From Pseudomonadota bacterium (lineage in GTDB: Bacteria; Pseudomonadota; Alphaproteobacteria; Rhizobiales; Rhizobiaceae), in the NCBI GenBank assembly GCA_039815595.1, contig JBCBYZ010000001.1:1-61967 (forward strand): a stretch of 61,967 nucleotides of DNA. The letters are read 5' to 3'. Of the stretch, positions 29,622 to 39,459 are shown one piece after another; the stretch's first letter is position 1; every line of letters begins with the position of its first letter. The notes beneath the pieces are model-generated. The model searched no databases. It saw only the letters and a program-made list of their open reading frames with translations, and was not told the DNA's origin. The translations under genes and the position numbers were made by a program.

Positions 29622-30146
29622 ATGACAACAATGGAAATGATCGGCCGTCCGGCCTCGCATCCTATGGAGCGCACCGGAGAAGAAGCCGATCTCAAAAAGG
29701 TATATCTGGAAGCACTCACACTGGTGGAGCGTCTGCACCGCCGTCTTCTGGATGTCATCAAAGACGAATTCGACCGCCATGGCAGTAGCGAATTAAACGC
29801 CGTGCAGGCGCTTTTGCTTTACAACTTGGGCGACAGTGAACTCACTGCCGGTGAGTTGCGCACCCGTGGCTACTACTTGGGGTCCAACGTTTCCTACAAC
29901 CTCAAGAAAATGGTTGAAATGGGCTACATCCACCACAAGCGCTCCTCAACGGACCGCCGTTCGGTGCGGGTGAGCTTGACAGACAAGGGGCGTGACGTCG
30001 CCTCCATGGTGGATGCACTCTATGAACGTCACACCAAGTCGTTGGAGCAGATTGGTCAGATTGATGCAGCAGGCTTTGCCGGCCTCAACCGGTCGCTGCA
30101 CCGTTTGGAGCGTTTCTGGACCGACCAAATCCTGTACCGTCTCTAA
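29622..30146 (+). CDS. ldtR: MarR-family regulator LdtR
   Basis: LVERLHRRLLDVIKDEFDR, ELRTRGYYLGSNVSYNLKK, LERFWTDQILYRL. Lies upstream of an L,D-transpeptidase. Confidence 0.9.
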   Translation: MTTMEMIGRPASHPMERTGEEADLKKVYLEALTLVERLHRRLLDVIKDEFDRHGSSELNAVQALLLYNLGDSELTAGELRTRGYYLGSNVSYNLKKMVEMGYIHHKRSSTDRRSVRVSLTDKGRDVASMVDALYERHTKSLEQIGQIDAAGFAGLNRSLHRLERFWTDQILYRL

Positions 30147-30454
30147 GCGGCAAACCGGGGCGGACTAATTCGGGATATCAATCGTTCACCAGCGAGGTGA
30201 GCGATGAACTATCCCGACCCCAAACAGACCAAAAAGACCTCTTCCTGATGTGCTCATCCGCGCTGTTTGCAAATGCAGACAGGGCGGATAGCGCAGTCGG
30301 GCTCTTGGCGTTCGTTCTTTCAAACATTCCCATAGCCTGAGCCCCATAACGCGGGATTGATGATCCGTGGTTTAATTTCAGTGGGAGAGGGCTTGTTCAA
30401 ACTGCTTTTTCGCCTCATTTCGTCGGCATCTGCTGTGCACGGTTTGCGCTTGTG

Positions 30455-30489
30455 TTTACGCAACGTTAACACTCGTTAACCATGCTTAA
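30455..30489 (+). promoter_or_regulatory. Clustered CtrA-like sites upstream of the L,D-transpeptidase
   Basis: TTTA-N7-TTAAC (30455-30470) and TTAACCAT (30476-30483). Confidence 0.6.
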
Positions 30490-30540
30490 ATGAGCGCGGT
30501 TGAAACCACACCGAACAGGCACGCTGAACTGACAAGGCCA

Positions 30541-31872
30541 ATGATGAAGCGCGATCTTAAAACCACTCTTCCAGTGACGAAGGGTAAAGTTTACGACAGT
30601 GGCAGCACCACCCTGTCGGCAGATGGAAAAACGCGCCGTCATTTCTTGTCGGCGCTGGCTGCTGCACCATTGTTGCCAGCAGTACCAGCTTTGGCTTCAG
30701 CGGAAACAGCGATAGACCGCATTTTGAATTCCAGCGGCCGTGATTCCTGGGACGATCAGTTCTCCGGGTCAAAAGTCATGCCCGAAAAAGGGCGGCAAGG
30801 TTTGGCCGTGTTTGCCCCGGAAACGCAAACCTTTGTTGCCCAAGCCATCCGAGACTACGAAGCGATTGTTGGAGGTGGCGGCTGGCCGGTTGTTCCCGCC
30901 AACAAGAAACTCGAAATGGGTGACACATCGCCTGCCGTTGTAGCCCTGCGCCGTCGGCTCATGATTTCCGGCGATCTGCCGACCAAGGCGGGCCTGTCGC
31001 CGAAATTCGATTCCTTTGTCGATACGGCTGTTCGCAGCTTCCAGGTGCGTCATGGATTGCCGCAGGACGGTGTGATGGGCCGTTTCTCATTTGCGGCGCT
31101 GAACGTGTCAGCGCCTATCCGTTTGGGCCAGTTGCGCACCAATCTGGTTCGACTTCGGTCCATGGCCGGATTTTTGGGCGAGCGCTACGTGATGGTGAAC
31201 ATCCCCGCCGCTGAGATTGAGGCGGTGGAAGGCAATCGTATTGCCCAGCGCCATACAGCGATTGTCGGACGCATCAGCCGCCAGACCCCGATCTTGAATT
31301 CCAAGATTTATGAACTGAATTTGAATCCGTATTGGACGGCGCCAAAGTCGATCATCCAAAAAGACCTCATTCCGTTGATGCGTAAGGACCCGAACTACCT
31401 GACCGACAACAAAATCCTGATCTTTGATGACAACAAGCAGGAAATCGACCCCAAAAGCATCGATTGGTCTTCGGAAGAGGCGGTCAACTACCGCTTCCGT
31501 CAGGAGCCCGGCAAGATCAACGCAATGGGCGCAGCGAAGATCAATTTCCCCAATCCTCATGCAGTCTATCTTCACGACACGCCGCAACAAAACCTGTTTT
31601 CAAAGTCCTTGCGCTTCGATTCATCCGGCTGCGTGCGGGTGAAAAATGTGCGCGATCTGTTGGTGTGGCTTGCTAAAGATACGCCGGGCATTGATCGACG
31701 GATTATTGAGCAAATCATCGAGTCCCGCGAACGTACCGACCTTAAACTGATTGCGCCTGTACCGATTTACATGACCTATATCAGCGCATGGTCCGCTGGC
31801 CCCGGGGACGTGCATTTTCGCGATGATATTTATCAGCGCGACGGTGTTGATGAGTTGGCGCTCAATCAATAA
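30541..31872 (+). CDS. Murein L,D-transpeptidase (YcbB-like) with PG-binding domain and Tat signal
   Basis: TRRHFLS Tat motif, AVRSFQVRHGL PG-binding domain, VYLHDTP...SSGCVRV catalytic His/Cys. Confidence 0.93.
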   Translation: MMKRDLKTTLPVTKGKVYDSGSTTLSADGKTRRHFLSALAAAPLLPAVPALASAETAIDRILNSSGRDSWDDQFSGSKVMPEKGRQGLAVFAPETQTFVAQAIRDYEAIVGGGGWPVVPANKKLEMGDTSPAVVALRRRLMISGDLPTKAGLSPKFDSFVDTAVRSFQVRHGLPQDGVMGRFSFAALNVSAPIRLGQLRTNLVRLRSMAGFLGERYVMVNIPAAEIEAVEGNRIAQRHTAIVGRISRQTPILNSKIYELNLNPYWTAPKSIIQKDLIPLMRKDPNYLTDNKILIFDDNKQEIDPKSIDWSSEEAVNYRFRQEPGKINAMGAAKINFPNPHAVYLHDTPQQNLFSKSLRFDSSGCVRVKNVRDLLVWLAKDTPGIDRRIIEQIIESRERTDLKLIAPVPIYMTYISAWSAGPGDVHFRDDIYQRDGVDELALNQ

Positions 31873-32110
31873 GTGGCTGGCAGCAGGGCTCGGTTTGGGT
31901 CGCGCGAGCGTCGCGTCTCTTAAGTCGTTCGACAGACTTCCCGGCCTCAATGCCGTTGAAAACAAGCCCCCACTTGCGCTGGAACACCGCAGCTACACGT
32001 TCCATTTGGGAGAACTTCGCCTTGAACCGGCGTGTTCTAGCCTTTATGCCGCTCCAAACGTGCCTTTGTGATTGCGCACGTCCCCTGTCATTTCCTTGAA
32101 GGATCAGCCC

Positions 32111-33418
32111 ATGTCTATCGCGGAAACGCTCGGCAACACCGATACATTTTTCTCCCGTTCACTGGCCGATACGGACCCGGAAATCGCAAAAGCCATCGAA
32201 GGTGAGATGGGCCGTCAGCGTCACGAGGTTGAACTGATTGCTTCGGAAAACATCGTTTCCCGCGCCGTGTTGGAAGCCCAAGGCTCGATCATGACGAACA
32301 AATACGCTGAGGGTTATTCCGGTCGCCGGTATTATGGCGGTTGCGAGTTTGTGGACGTCGCCGAAGACTTGGCGATTGACCGGATCAAGCGTCTCTTTGA
32401 TTGCAGATTTGCCAATGTGCAGCCCAATTCCGGCAGCCAAGCCAATCAGGCCGTATTTCAAGCGCTGATCAAGCCGGGCGACACGATCCTTGGCATGAGC
32501 CTCGACGCCGGTGGGCACCTGACACACGGCGCTGCGCCCAACCAGTCCGGCAAATGGTTCAACGCCATTCAATACGGAGTGCGTAAAGAAGACGATCTGA
32601 TTGACTTCGATCAGGTAGAAGCACTGGCTCATGAGCATAAGCCGCAATTGATTATCGCCGGTGGCTCGGCCTATCCTCGCCAGATCGATTTTGCCCGGTT
32701 CCGCAAGATCGCCGACGCGGTGGGTGCTTATTTGTTGGTGGACATGGCGCATTTTTCTGGCCTCGTGGCCGGTGGCGCACATCCGAGCCCGTTTCCACAC
32801 GCGCATGTGGCCACATCCACAACGCACAAAACTCTGCGCGGGCCGCGTGGTGGTATCATACTCAGCAACGACGAGGCGCTGGCGAAAAAGTTCAATTCCG
32901 CAATCTTCCCCGGCATTCAGGGCGGCCCTTTGATGCATGTTATTGCGGCCAAAGCGGTGGCCTTCGGCGAAGCGCTGACGGCCGACTACAAAACCTACGT
33001 CGCCGATGTGGTGGCCAACGCCCGCGCATTGGGTGAGACCTTGAAATCCGGTGGCTTGGACCTCGTGTCCGACGGAACTGACACCCACGTCCTGCTTGTA
33101 GACCTGCGTCCGATGGGCGTGACCGGCAAAGCTGCCGAGGCAGCTTTGGGGCGCGCCAACATGACGTGCAACAAGAACGGTGTCCCGTTCGATCCTGAAA
33201 AACCCATGGTCACATCGGGCATCCGTTTGGGCACACCGGCGGCAACCACTCGGGGGTTTGGCGTTGCAGAGTTCCAGCACGTTGGCGAGTGCATCTTGGA
33301 AGTCGTGAAAGGTCTCGCCGAGAACGGCGAAGAGGGCAACAGAGCGGTTGAAGAAGCCGTTGCAGCGAAAATCGTCGCACTCACAGATCGATTTCCAATC
33401 TACAGCGATCACGCGTGA
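32111..33418 (+). CDS. glyA: Serine hydroxymethyltransferase
   Basis: [39 protein letters not shown]. Confidence 0.98.
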   Translation: MSIAETLGNTDTFFSRSLADTDPEIAKAIEGEMGRQRHEVELIASENIVSRAVLEAQGSIMTNKYAEGYSGRRYYGGCEFVDVAEDLAIDRIKRLFDCRFANVQPNSGSQANQAVFQALIKPGDTILGMSLDAGGHLTHGAAPNQSGKWFNAIQYGVRKEDDLIDFDQVEALAHEHKPQLIIAGGSAYPRQIDFARFRKIADAVGAYLLVDMAHFSGLVAGGAHPSPFPHAHVATSTTHKTLRGPRGGIILSNDEALAKKFNSAIFPGIQGGPLMHVIAAKAVAFGEALTADYKTYVADVVANARALGETLKSGGLDLVSDGTDTHVLLVDLRPMGVTGKAAEAALGRANMTCNKNGVPFDPEKPMVTSGIRLGTPAATTRGFGVAEFQHVGECILEVVKGLAENGEEGNRAVEEAVAAKIVALTDRFPIYSDHA

Positions 33419-33458
33419 GGCAACGTCTGTCAGTCTTTACCGCTGAAAGAGAACTGGC

Positions 33459-33914
33459 ATGAAGTGCCCGTTTTGCGGCGGTGACGAGACGCAGGTGAAG
33501 GACTCACGTCCAACCGAAGACAACACCAGCATCCGCCGCCGACGCGTCTGCGCAGACTGTGGTGGCCGCTTTACAACATTCGAGCGCATCCAATTGCGTG
33601 AACTAAATGTGCTTAAAAAGTCAGGCTCACGCGTCCTGTTCGACCGCGATAAGCTGGCCCGCTCGGTGGAAGTGGCCTTGCGCAAACGCCCCGTAGATCC
33701 CGAGCGGATCGAAAGGCTGGTCTCCGGCATCGTGCGCCAATTGGAGGCGAGCGGTGAGGCGGAAATCCCGGCTGATGAGATCGGCCATATGGTGATGGAA
33801 GGTTTGAAAAACCTGGATGACGTGGCCTATATCCGCTTTGCAAGCGTCTATCGTGATTTCACAGAAGCCTCGGATTTCAAAGCGGTTTTGGGCGAATTGA
33901 ATGACAAGCCGTAG
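33459..33914 (+). CDS. nrdR: Transcriptional repressor NrdR
   Basis: [35 protein letters not shown]. Confidence 0.97.
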   Translation: MKCPFCGGDETQVKDSRPTEDNTSIRRRRVCADCGGRFTTFERIQLRELNVLKKSGSRVLFDRDKLARSVEVALRKRPVDPERIERLVSGIVRQLEASGEAEIPADEIGHMVMEGLKNLDDVAYIRFASVYRDFTEASDFKAVLGELNDKP

Positions 33915-33935
33915 GCCGAAGATGCTTCGGCTGCG

Positions 33936-35066
33936 GTGAGCAAAGCCATGGCACCCGACCAATTCAAAGCCTCTCAAAGTGACGTGCAAGACGCGCGTCT
34001 TATGAACGCCTGTTTGCGGATGGCGCGACGCCACACGGGATTGACGGCGACCAATCCTTCTGTTGGCACGCTTTTGGTTCATAACACGCCCAATGGCCCC
34101 GTCATCGTTGGCAGAGGCGTGACAGCCACTGGCGGTCGGCCTCACGCGGAGCGCGTTGCCATCGAGCAGGCGGGCGACCGTGCCAAAGGTGCAACCGCCT
34201 ATGTGACACTGGAACCATGCGCCCACCATGGAGCCACACCGCCTTGCGCCGAGGCGTTGATTGAGGCCGGCGTGTTGCGGGTGGTCACGGCTTGGATCGA
34301 CCCGGACCAGCGTGTGGACGGCAGGGGCCATCGCATGTTGATGGCTGCCGGGATCACAGTGGACGCCGGTTTGGGTGCCGACCGCGCAAAGGTCGATTTG
34401 CAAGCCTATCTCACACGTAAAAACAAAGCCCGTCCGGCGGTCACGTTAAAGTTGGCGGTTTCTCAAAGTGGACACCTCGGCAGGCGCGGTGAGGAAGTCT
34501 CGGTCACCGGTCCGCTGGCCAAACGCATGGTCCACCGCACCCGGGCGGAACATGATGCGATTTTGGTGGGGGCAGAGACCGTACGCGCTGATGATCCGGA
34601 CCTGACCGTTCGCCTGCCGGGCTTGCAACACCGTTCGCCGCATCGCTTTATTCTGTCGTCGACTGGCGAAATATCTGCGGACATTAAGCTCGCCTTAAGC
34701 GCAAGGACCGTGCCCGTAAGCGTGGTCACCGCAAGGCAAACTTTGCCGGAGGACTTGGCTGATCTAGGCGTCACCCGGTTTGCTGCGGAGGCCCATGGCG
34801 ACGGACTGGCTTTGCCGGAAATTTTGGAAGACATGGCATCGGCTGGCCTGTCCAGCCTCATGGTGGAGGGCGGAGCGCGGGTTGCTGAAGCTTTTCTGCG
34901 GGCCGATTTGGTCGACCGGATTGAACTCTACACCGCGCCGGACGATCTGGTGGGTGATGGTTTGATTGCGTCACCGCTCACCCTTGCGACCGTGCCACCA
35001 ACGTTTACAAACTGGCGCACAATGCATTTGGACGCGGACCGTCTCGACATATTTTTGAGGAGCTAG
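33936..35066 (+). CDS. ribD: Bifunctional riboflavin biosynthesis deaminase/reductase
   Basis: NPSVG, HAE, VTLEPCAHHG.TPPC, DDPDLTVR, VEGG. Confidence 0.95.
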   Translation: MSKAMAPDQFKASQSDVQDARLMNACLRMARRHTGLTATNPSVGTLLVHNTPNGPVIVGRGVTATGGRPHAERVAIEQAGDRAKGATAYVTLEPCAHHGATPPCAEALIEAGVLRVVTAWIDPDQRVDGRGHRMLMAAGITVDAGLGADRAKVDLQAYLTRKNKARPAVTLKLAVSQSGHLGRRGEEVSVTGPLAKRMVHRTRAEHDAILVGAETVRADDPDLTVRLPGLQHRSPHRFILSSTGEISADIKLALSARTVPVSVVTARQTLPEDLADLGVTRFAAEAHGDGLALPEILEDMASAGLSSLMVEGGARVAEAFLRADLVDRIELYTAPDDLVGDGLIASPLTLATVPPTFTNWRTMHLDADRLDIFLRS

Positions 35067-35069
35067 CGC

Positions 35070-35675
35070 GTGTTCACGGGCATTATTACAGACATTGGCA
35101 CAGTAGATCGGGCGCAAGACTTGCCCACCGGCAAAGCGTACCGCATGCGCAGTGCCTATCCGTCTGACAGCATAGCTCTGGGCGCGTCTATCGCCCATGA
35201 CGGTGTTTGCCTAACCGTTACCGACAAAGGCCATGACGGCGCGGACTGGTACGTTGTTGAAGCGTGGGAAGAAGCCCTGCGTCTTACCACAGCGGCGAGT
35301 TGGCGAGAGGGGACGAGGCTTAATCTGGAACGGGCGTTGAAAGTTGGTGATGAACTGGGCGGCCACATCGTGTCTGGTCATGTCGACGGCAAAGCCCGTG
35401 TGGAACGCACTGTAGACGAGGGCGATGCCCGCCGTTTCATCATCCGCGCACCGGAGGCTTTGGCGCGGTTCATTGCGCCGAAGGGCTCTGTCGCGCTCAA
35501 TGGCACGTCGCTCACGGTCAACGGCGTGAGCGACGCGGAATTTGACGTTCTGCTGATCCGGCATTCCCAAGAGGTAACCACTTGGGGAACCGTAGAGGCG
35601 GGTGATGATCTCAACATCGAAATTGACACCATGGCCCGGTATGCGGCGCGCTTGGCGGAGTTTCCGTCCAGCTAA
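35070..35675 (+). CDS. ribE: Riboflavin synthase
   Basis: MFTGII, GVCLTV, LNLERAL, GGHIVSGHVD, NIEID. Confidence 0.96.
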   Translation: MFTGIITDIGTVDRAQDLPTGKAYRMRSAYPSDSIALGASIAHDGVCLTVTDKGHDGADWYVVEAWEEALRLTTAASWREGTRLNLERALKVGDELGGHIVSGHVDGKARVERTVDEGDARRFIIRAPEALARFIAPKGSVALNGTSLTVNGVSDAEFDVLLIRHSQEVTTWGTVEAGDDLNIEIDTMARYAARLAEFPSS

Positions 35676-35792
35676 CAGGCCGAACCGGACAAACTTGGTT
35701 CGACCCGCCTTGCCATCCACACGCCACCGTGTTTTGTGCGCCAAACAGCGTTCCAGACGCTCATATATTCGACCATCGTTTTGGGAGATCCC

Positions 35793-36278
35793 ATGCCGCA
35801 AATTTTGATCATCGATGCGCCGTATTACGAGCACATTTCGAAGGAACTCGTTGCCGGTGCGGAAGCCGTTTTGCGCAAGGCGGGTGCGAGCTGGGACTAC
35901 CAAGCCGTGCCGGGCGTGCTGGAAATCCCCACCGCGCTTTCCATGGTGGTCGCTGCGTCTTTTGATGGGTTTGAAGAGGACGGCATGCCGCCGGTGCCGG
36001 GGATGGGCTCCAGCGGTATGCAGTATGACGGTTTTATCACATTGGGCTGTGTGATCCGGGGCGAAACATCTCATTATGAGATTGTCGCCTTCGAATCCGC
36101 CCGTGCCATCACCAGCCTGTGCGTCGATCACTGCCTGTGTTTGGGCAATGGGATTCAGACGGTCGAAAACGAAGCCCAAGCGCTTGCCCGTGCCAAGGCG
36201 AGCGAGTTGGACAAGGGGGGGCATGCTGCCCAAGCCGCGCTGGATATGATTGCCCTGCGTGAAAAGTTCCTCGGTTAA
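35793..36278 (+). CDS. ribH: 6,7-dimethyl-8-ribityllumazine synthase
   Basis: VPGVLEIP, LGCVIRGETSHYEIV, KGGHAA. GGAG RBS. Confidence 0.93.
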   Translation: MPQILIIDAPYYEHISKELVAGAEAVLRKAGASWDYQAVPGVLEIPTALSMVVAASFDGFEEDGMPPVPGMGSSGMQYDGFITLGCVIRGETSHYEIVAFESARAITSLCVDHCLCLGNGIQTVENEAQALARAKASELDKGGHAAQAALDMIALREKFLG

Positions 36279-36284
36279 GCTCAC

Positions 36285-36791
36285 ATGAAGCAAGCCAACA
36301 AACGCGGCACCGCCCGCCTCGCAGCGGTTCAAGCCCTCTACCAAATGGATGTGGGCGGGAATGGCGTTGCTGAAACTGTTGCCGAGTACGAGAATTTTCG
36401 TCTCGGCCGCGAGGTGGATGGCGAGACTTATCTCGACGCGGACGCAACTTGGTTTCGCAGCATTGTTGGCGGTGTCGTGGAAGAACAGACTACGATTGAC
36501 CCCTTAATTCACGCATCGCTGCGACCCGATTGGCCCCTGTCGCGCATCGATTCCACCCTTCGCGCAATCCTGCGAGCGGCGGTGTTCGAACTGCGGCGTC
36601 GCAAAGACGTGGATGCTAAGGTGATCGTGTCAGAATATGTGGAAATCGCCAAAGCCTTCTTCGAGGGAGAAGAACCCAAAATGGTCAATGGCGTCATAGA
36701 CGCGGTCGCCCGCAAGGTGCGGGACGGCGAGTTGGAACCTTCCACCCGCGCCGGCCCCGCTGCCACGGATGACGGTCAGACGGCGAGCTAG
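36285..36791 (+). CDS. nusB: Transcription antitermination factor NusB
   Basis: [36 protein letters not shown]. Confidence 0.95.
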   Translation: MKQANKRGTARLAAVQALYQMDVGGNGVAETVAEYENFRLGREVDGETYLDADATWFRSIVGGVVEEQTTIDPLIHASLRPDWPLSRIDSTLRAILRAAVFELRRRKDVDAKVIVSEYVEIAKAFFEGEEPKMVNGVIDAVARKVRDGELEPSTRAGPAATDDGQTAS

Positions 36792-36865
36792 CGCTGGACC
36801 CAGATCAGGATCAGGGTATTGGGTCGCCTGACCGTCAACCACAGCATTTTGTACCGGCATTTTTC

Positions 36866-37852
36866 ATGAGCAGAAGTGGCGAATTTTCCTGGATCGAAAC
36901 ACATCTCGCGCCGCTGGCGGGAGAGGGGGCATTCGCGCTGAAAGACGATGCCGCTTTGCTGCCGCTTGAAGCGGATAAGCGGGTCGTCATCACCCAAGAC
37001 GCGATAATGGAAGGCGTGCATTTTCTGTCCGATGATCCTCTTGATACGGTCGCGCAAAAAGCCATCCGCGTGAATGTGTCCGATATCATCGCAAAAGGTG
37101 CCAAACCCACCGCTTGGTCGATGGCGTTGGGCGTGCCCGATGCCTGGGAAGATGCGGATATGGAGCGCTTTGCCAAGGGGCTGGCTGCTGATCAAGAGAC
37201 GTACGGGCTGACATTGACCGGCGGCGACACCTACCGGTCACCAGGCGGCTTATGCGTGGCGATCACGCTTTTCGGCTCTGTGGATGAAGATGGCTACAAG
37301 AGCCGCTCCGGGGCCTTTGAGGGAAACCTGATTTACGTATCGGGTACAATTGGAAAATCCGCCGTCGGTCTGCGCGTTGCCACAGGAGCTTTGCAGGTGG
37401 AGGCATCCGCTGCTGGCGATCACTTGGGTGCTTACCGCATTCCGCAACCGCCCTTTGGCTTGCAGGACGCAATTGCGCAATTTGCCACCGCAAGCATGGA
37501 CGTGTCCGACGGCTTGGTGGGGGATTGCCGCAAACTGTGCGCCGCTTCGCAGGTTACTGCGCAGATTGAATGTGACGATATTCCGCTTAGCCCACCCGTG
37601 CGCGGCTTGCTGACCCGGGGCGAGCGCCTTTGGCCAACGATTTTGGGCGGTGGTGATGACTATCAAGTCCTTTGCACGGTGGAAAAGGGCAATGCGACAG
37701 CTTTTGAGAAAGCCGCCTTGGACGCTGGCCATACCGTGACCCGCATCGGTTCCTGCGGGGCACTCTCTGAGGACGAGACCAAACAAGGTGTTTCCATTAC
37801 CCGCTCGGGCGTGCCAATACAGTTGGAGCGGGAGTCCTTTTCTCACTTTTGA
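36866..37852 (+). CDS. thiL: Thiamine-monophosphate kinase
   Basis: EF.WI, DDAA, EGVHF, VNVSDI.AKGA.P, GGDT, DVSDGL, GGDDY. Confidence 0.95.
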   Translation: MSRSGEFSWIETHLAPLAGEGAFALKDDAALLPLEADKRVVITQDAIMEGVHFLSDDPLDTVAQKAIRVNVSDIIAKGAKPTAWSMALGVPDAWEDADMERFAKGLAADQETYGLTLTGGDTYRSPGGLCVAITLFGSVDEDGYKSRSGAFEGNLIYVSGTIGKSAVGLRVATGALQVEASAAGDHLGAYRIPQPPFGLQDAIAQFATASMDVSDGLVGDCRKLCAASQVTAQIECDDIPLSPPVRGLLTRGERLWPTILGGGDDYQVLCTVEKGNATAFEKAALDAGHTVTRIGSCGALSEDETKQGVSITRSGVPIQLERESFSHF

Positions 37853-37939
37853 CGCAGAGCGTTCCGGATGCCGGAGGGCGAGGCGCGTTGGGTAAAGGCG
37901 CTTCCCGTCATCAGAAATCCAGCATCAGAGCCTTTTGAA

Positions 37940-39184
37940 ATGTCCGCAGCCGATCCTTCCATGCCTGATGCGATCACCACCGACCCCAATGCCAGCGCTC
38001 GGCGCAATGCCCTTATCTTGTCTGCCGCACAGGCGCTGACCGGCGCCGCCGCACCAATATCCATCGCGCTGGGCGGTCTTGCCGGGTCTTATTTGTTGGG
38101 TGCGGACAAGTCTTTGGCCACAGCGCCCATCACCGGCTACAATATTGGCGTTGCCATGGCGGCCATTCCTGCTGCCATGATCATGGCCCGCATTGGCCGT
38201 CGGCTGGGCTTCGTCGGTGGTGCTGTAATCGGCATGGTTGGCATGCTCTTGTCGGCTTATGCGATCGTGCAGGGCGATTTTTGGCTGTTTTGTATCGGCA
38301 TGTTGTTGAACGGGTCGGGCGGAGCGTTCACCCAGCAATACCGCTTTGCGGCGGTGGACCAAGGCACGCCTGAGTTCAAGCCAAAAGCCATTTCATGGGT
38401 GTTGGCCGGTGGCCTGTTTGCTGCCGTGATCGGCCCGCAAACCGCCATTTACACGCGCGACTGGTTCTCGCCGGTGGAGTTTGCAGGCGCCTACTTTGCC
38501 GGCACCTTCCTGCTGTTCGGGGGAGCGTTGGTGCTTGGCTTGCTCAAGTTCGACAAACCTCCGACGAAGGCTGAGCGCAAAGCGGCAGACACCGGCAGGC
38601 CGCTGGCGGAAATCATGGCGCAACCCAAATTCATGGTCTCGGTCACCTGTGCCGTCGGGTCCTACGCGCTCATGGCTTACGTAATGACCGGGGCACCGCT
38701 CGCAATGCAATTGTGCGGCTTCGGTCCTGACCAATCCACCAACGGCATCATGTTCCACGTTATGGCGATGTTTGGCCCAAGTTTCTTCACCGGCAATTTG
38801 ATCGCTCGCTTCGGTAAAGGGCGCATCGTGGCCGCCGGTATGATCATCCTTGCGGCATGCGCTGTGGTGGGTCTTTCGGGTATTGAATTGGCCCACTTCT
38901 ACACGGCGTTGATCTTGCTTGGTATCGGCTGGAACTTTGGTTTCATCGGCGCAACAGCCATGCTGACAGACACGTACCGTCCCGAAGAAAAAGCCAAGGC
39001 GCAGGGCGCAAACGATTTCATCCTCTTCGGCATGGTCGCCTTCGCATCCTTGATGTCCGGTACAACGCTCAATCTGTTCGGCTGGGACGCTCTCAACTGG
39101 GTCGTATTCCCCGTGGTCGCGATCTGCCTCGTATCTCTGCTGTGGCTGCATCTTTCCAGCCGTTCCAAAACCGCGATCAGCTAA
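37940..39184 (+). CDS. MFS transporter
   Basis: About 12 TM segments, QQYRFAA, HVMAMFGPSFFTG, GWNFGFIGAT. Confidence 0.9.
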   Translation: MSAADPSMPDAITTDPNASARRNALILSAAQALTGAAAPISIALGGLAGSYLLGADKSLATAPITGYNIGVAMAAIPAAMIMARIGRRLGFVGGAVIGMVGMLLSAYAIVQGDFWLFCIGMLLNGSGGAFTQQYRFAAVDQGTPEFKPKAISWVLAGGLFAAVIGPQTAIYTRDWFSPVEFAGAYFAGTFLLFGGALVLGLLKFDKPPTKAERKAADTGRPLAEIMAQPKFMVSVTCAVGSYALMAYVMTGAPLAMQLCGFGPDQSTNGIMFHVMAMFGPSFFTGNLIARFGKGRIVAAGMIILAACAVVGLSGIELAHFYTALILLGIGWNFGFIGATAMLTDTYRPEEKAKAQGANDFILFGMVAFASLMSGTTLNLFGWDALNWVVFPVVAICLVSLLWLHLSSRSKTAIS

Positions 39185-39311
39185 GGGACCCAAACGCCAT
39201 TTTATTGGTCTGCTTCGCACAAAGGTGTGCACGTAAAGGCCACGGAGGGCGCAGTATCGCGGGCACATTTCAAACAGTTGGTCAAAGTCGTGCGTTTCAT
39301 CCGCGATTGGC

Positions 39312-39339
39312 TTGACCTGCGGCAATTCTGCCGTATTTT
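39312..39339 (+). promoter_or_regulatory. Putative sigma70 promoter for hppA
   Basis: TTGACC-N16-TATTTT. Confidence 0.35.
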
Positions 39340-39459
39340 CCGCGGCGGAAGTTGGGAGCCTTCCGAATCCCATCATTCATACCAAACGCTCTGCGCTACC
39401 CGGCCAAATTCTGAAGCGGGATCATCAGGGCATGCCACTGTCATAGGGACACGAGGAAT

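Noticed and set aside
31873-32110. Possible ZTP (pfl) riboswitch upstream of glyA
   Set aside because: I could not find the GACTGGCG...GGTGG...CCAC or CGCCTGGGC core. An Infernal scan would settle it.
32159-33412. 417-aa ORF antisense to glyA (similar shadows lie over parC, RTX, rnd, ribE-ribH and the MFS genes)
   Set aside because: Long antisense frames are expected from GC-rich codon bias, and the translations are not protein-like.
35676-35792. Gap with a small hairpin between ribE and ribH, considered as an FMN riboswitch or lost gene
   Set aside because: It lacks the RFN consensus and any ORF remnant, and is probably just a spacer or internal promoter.
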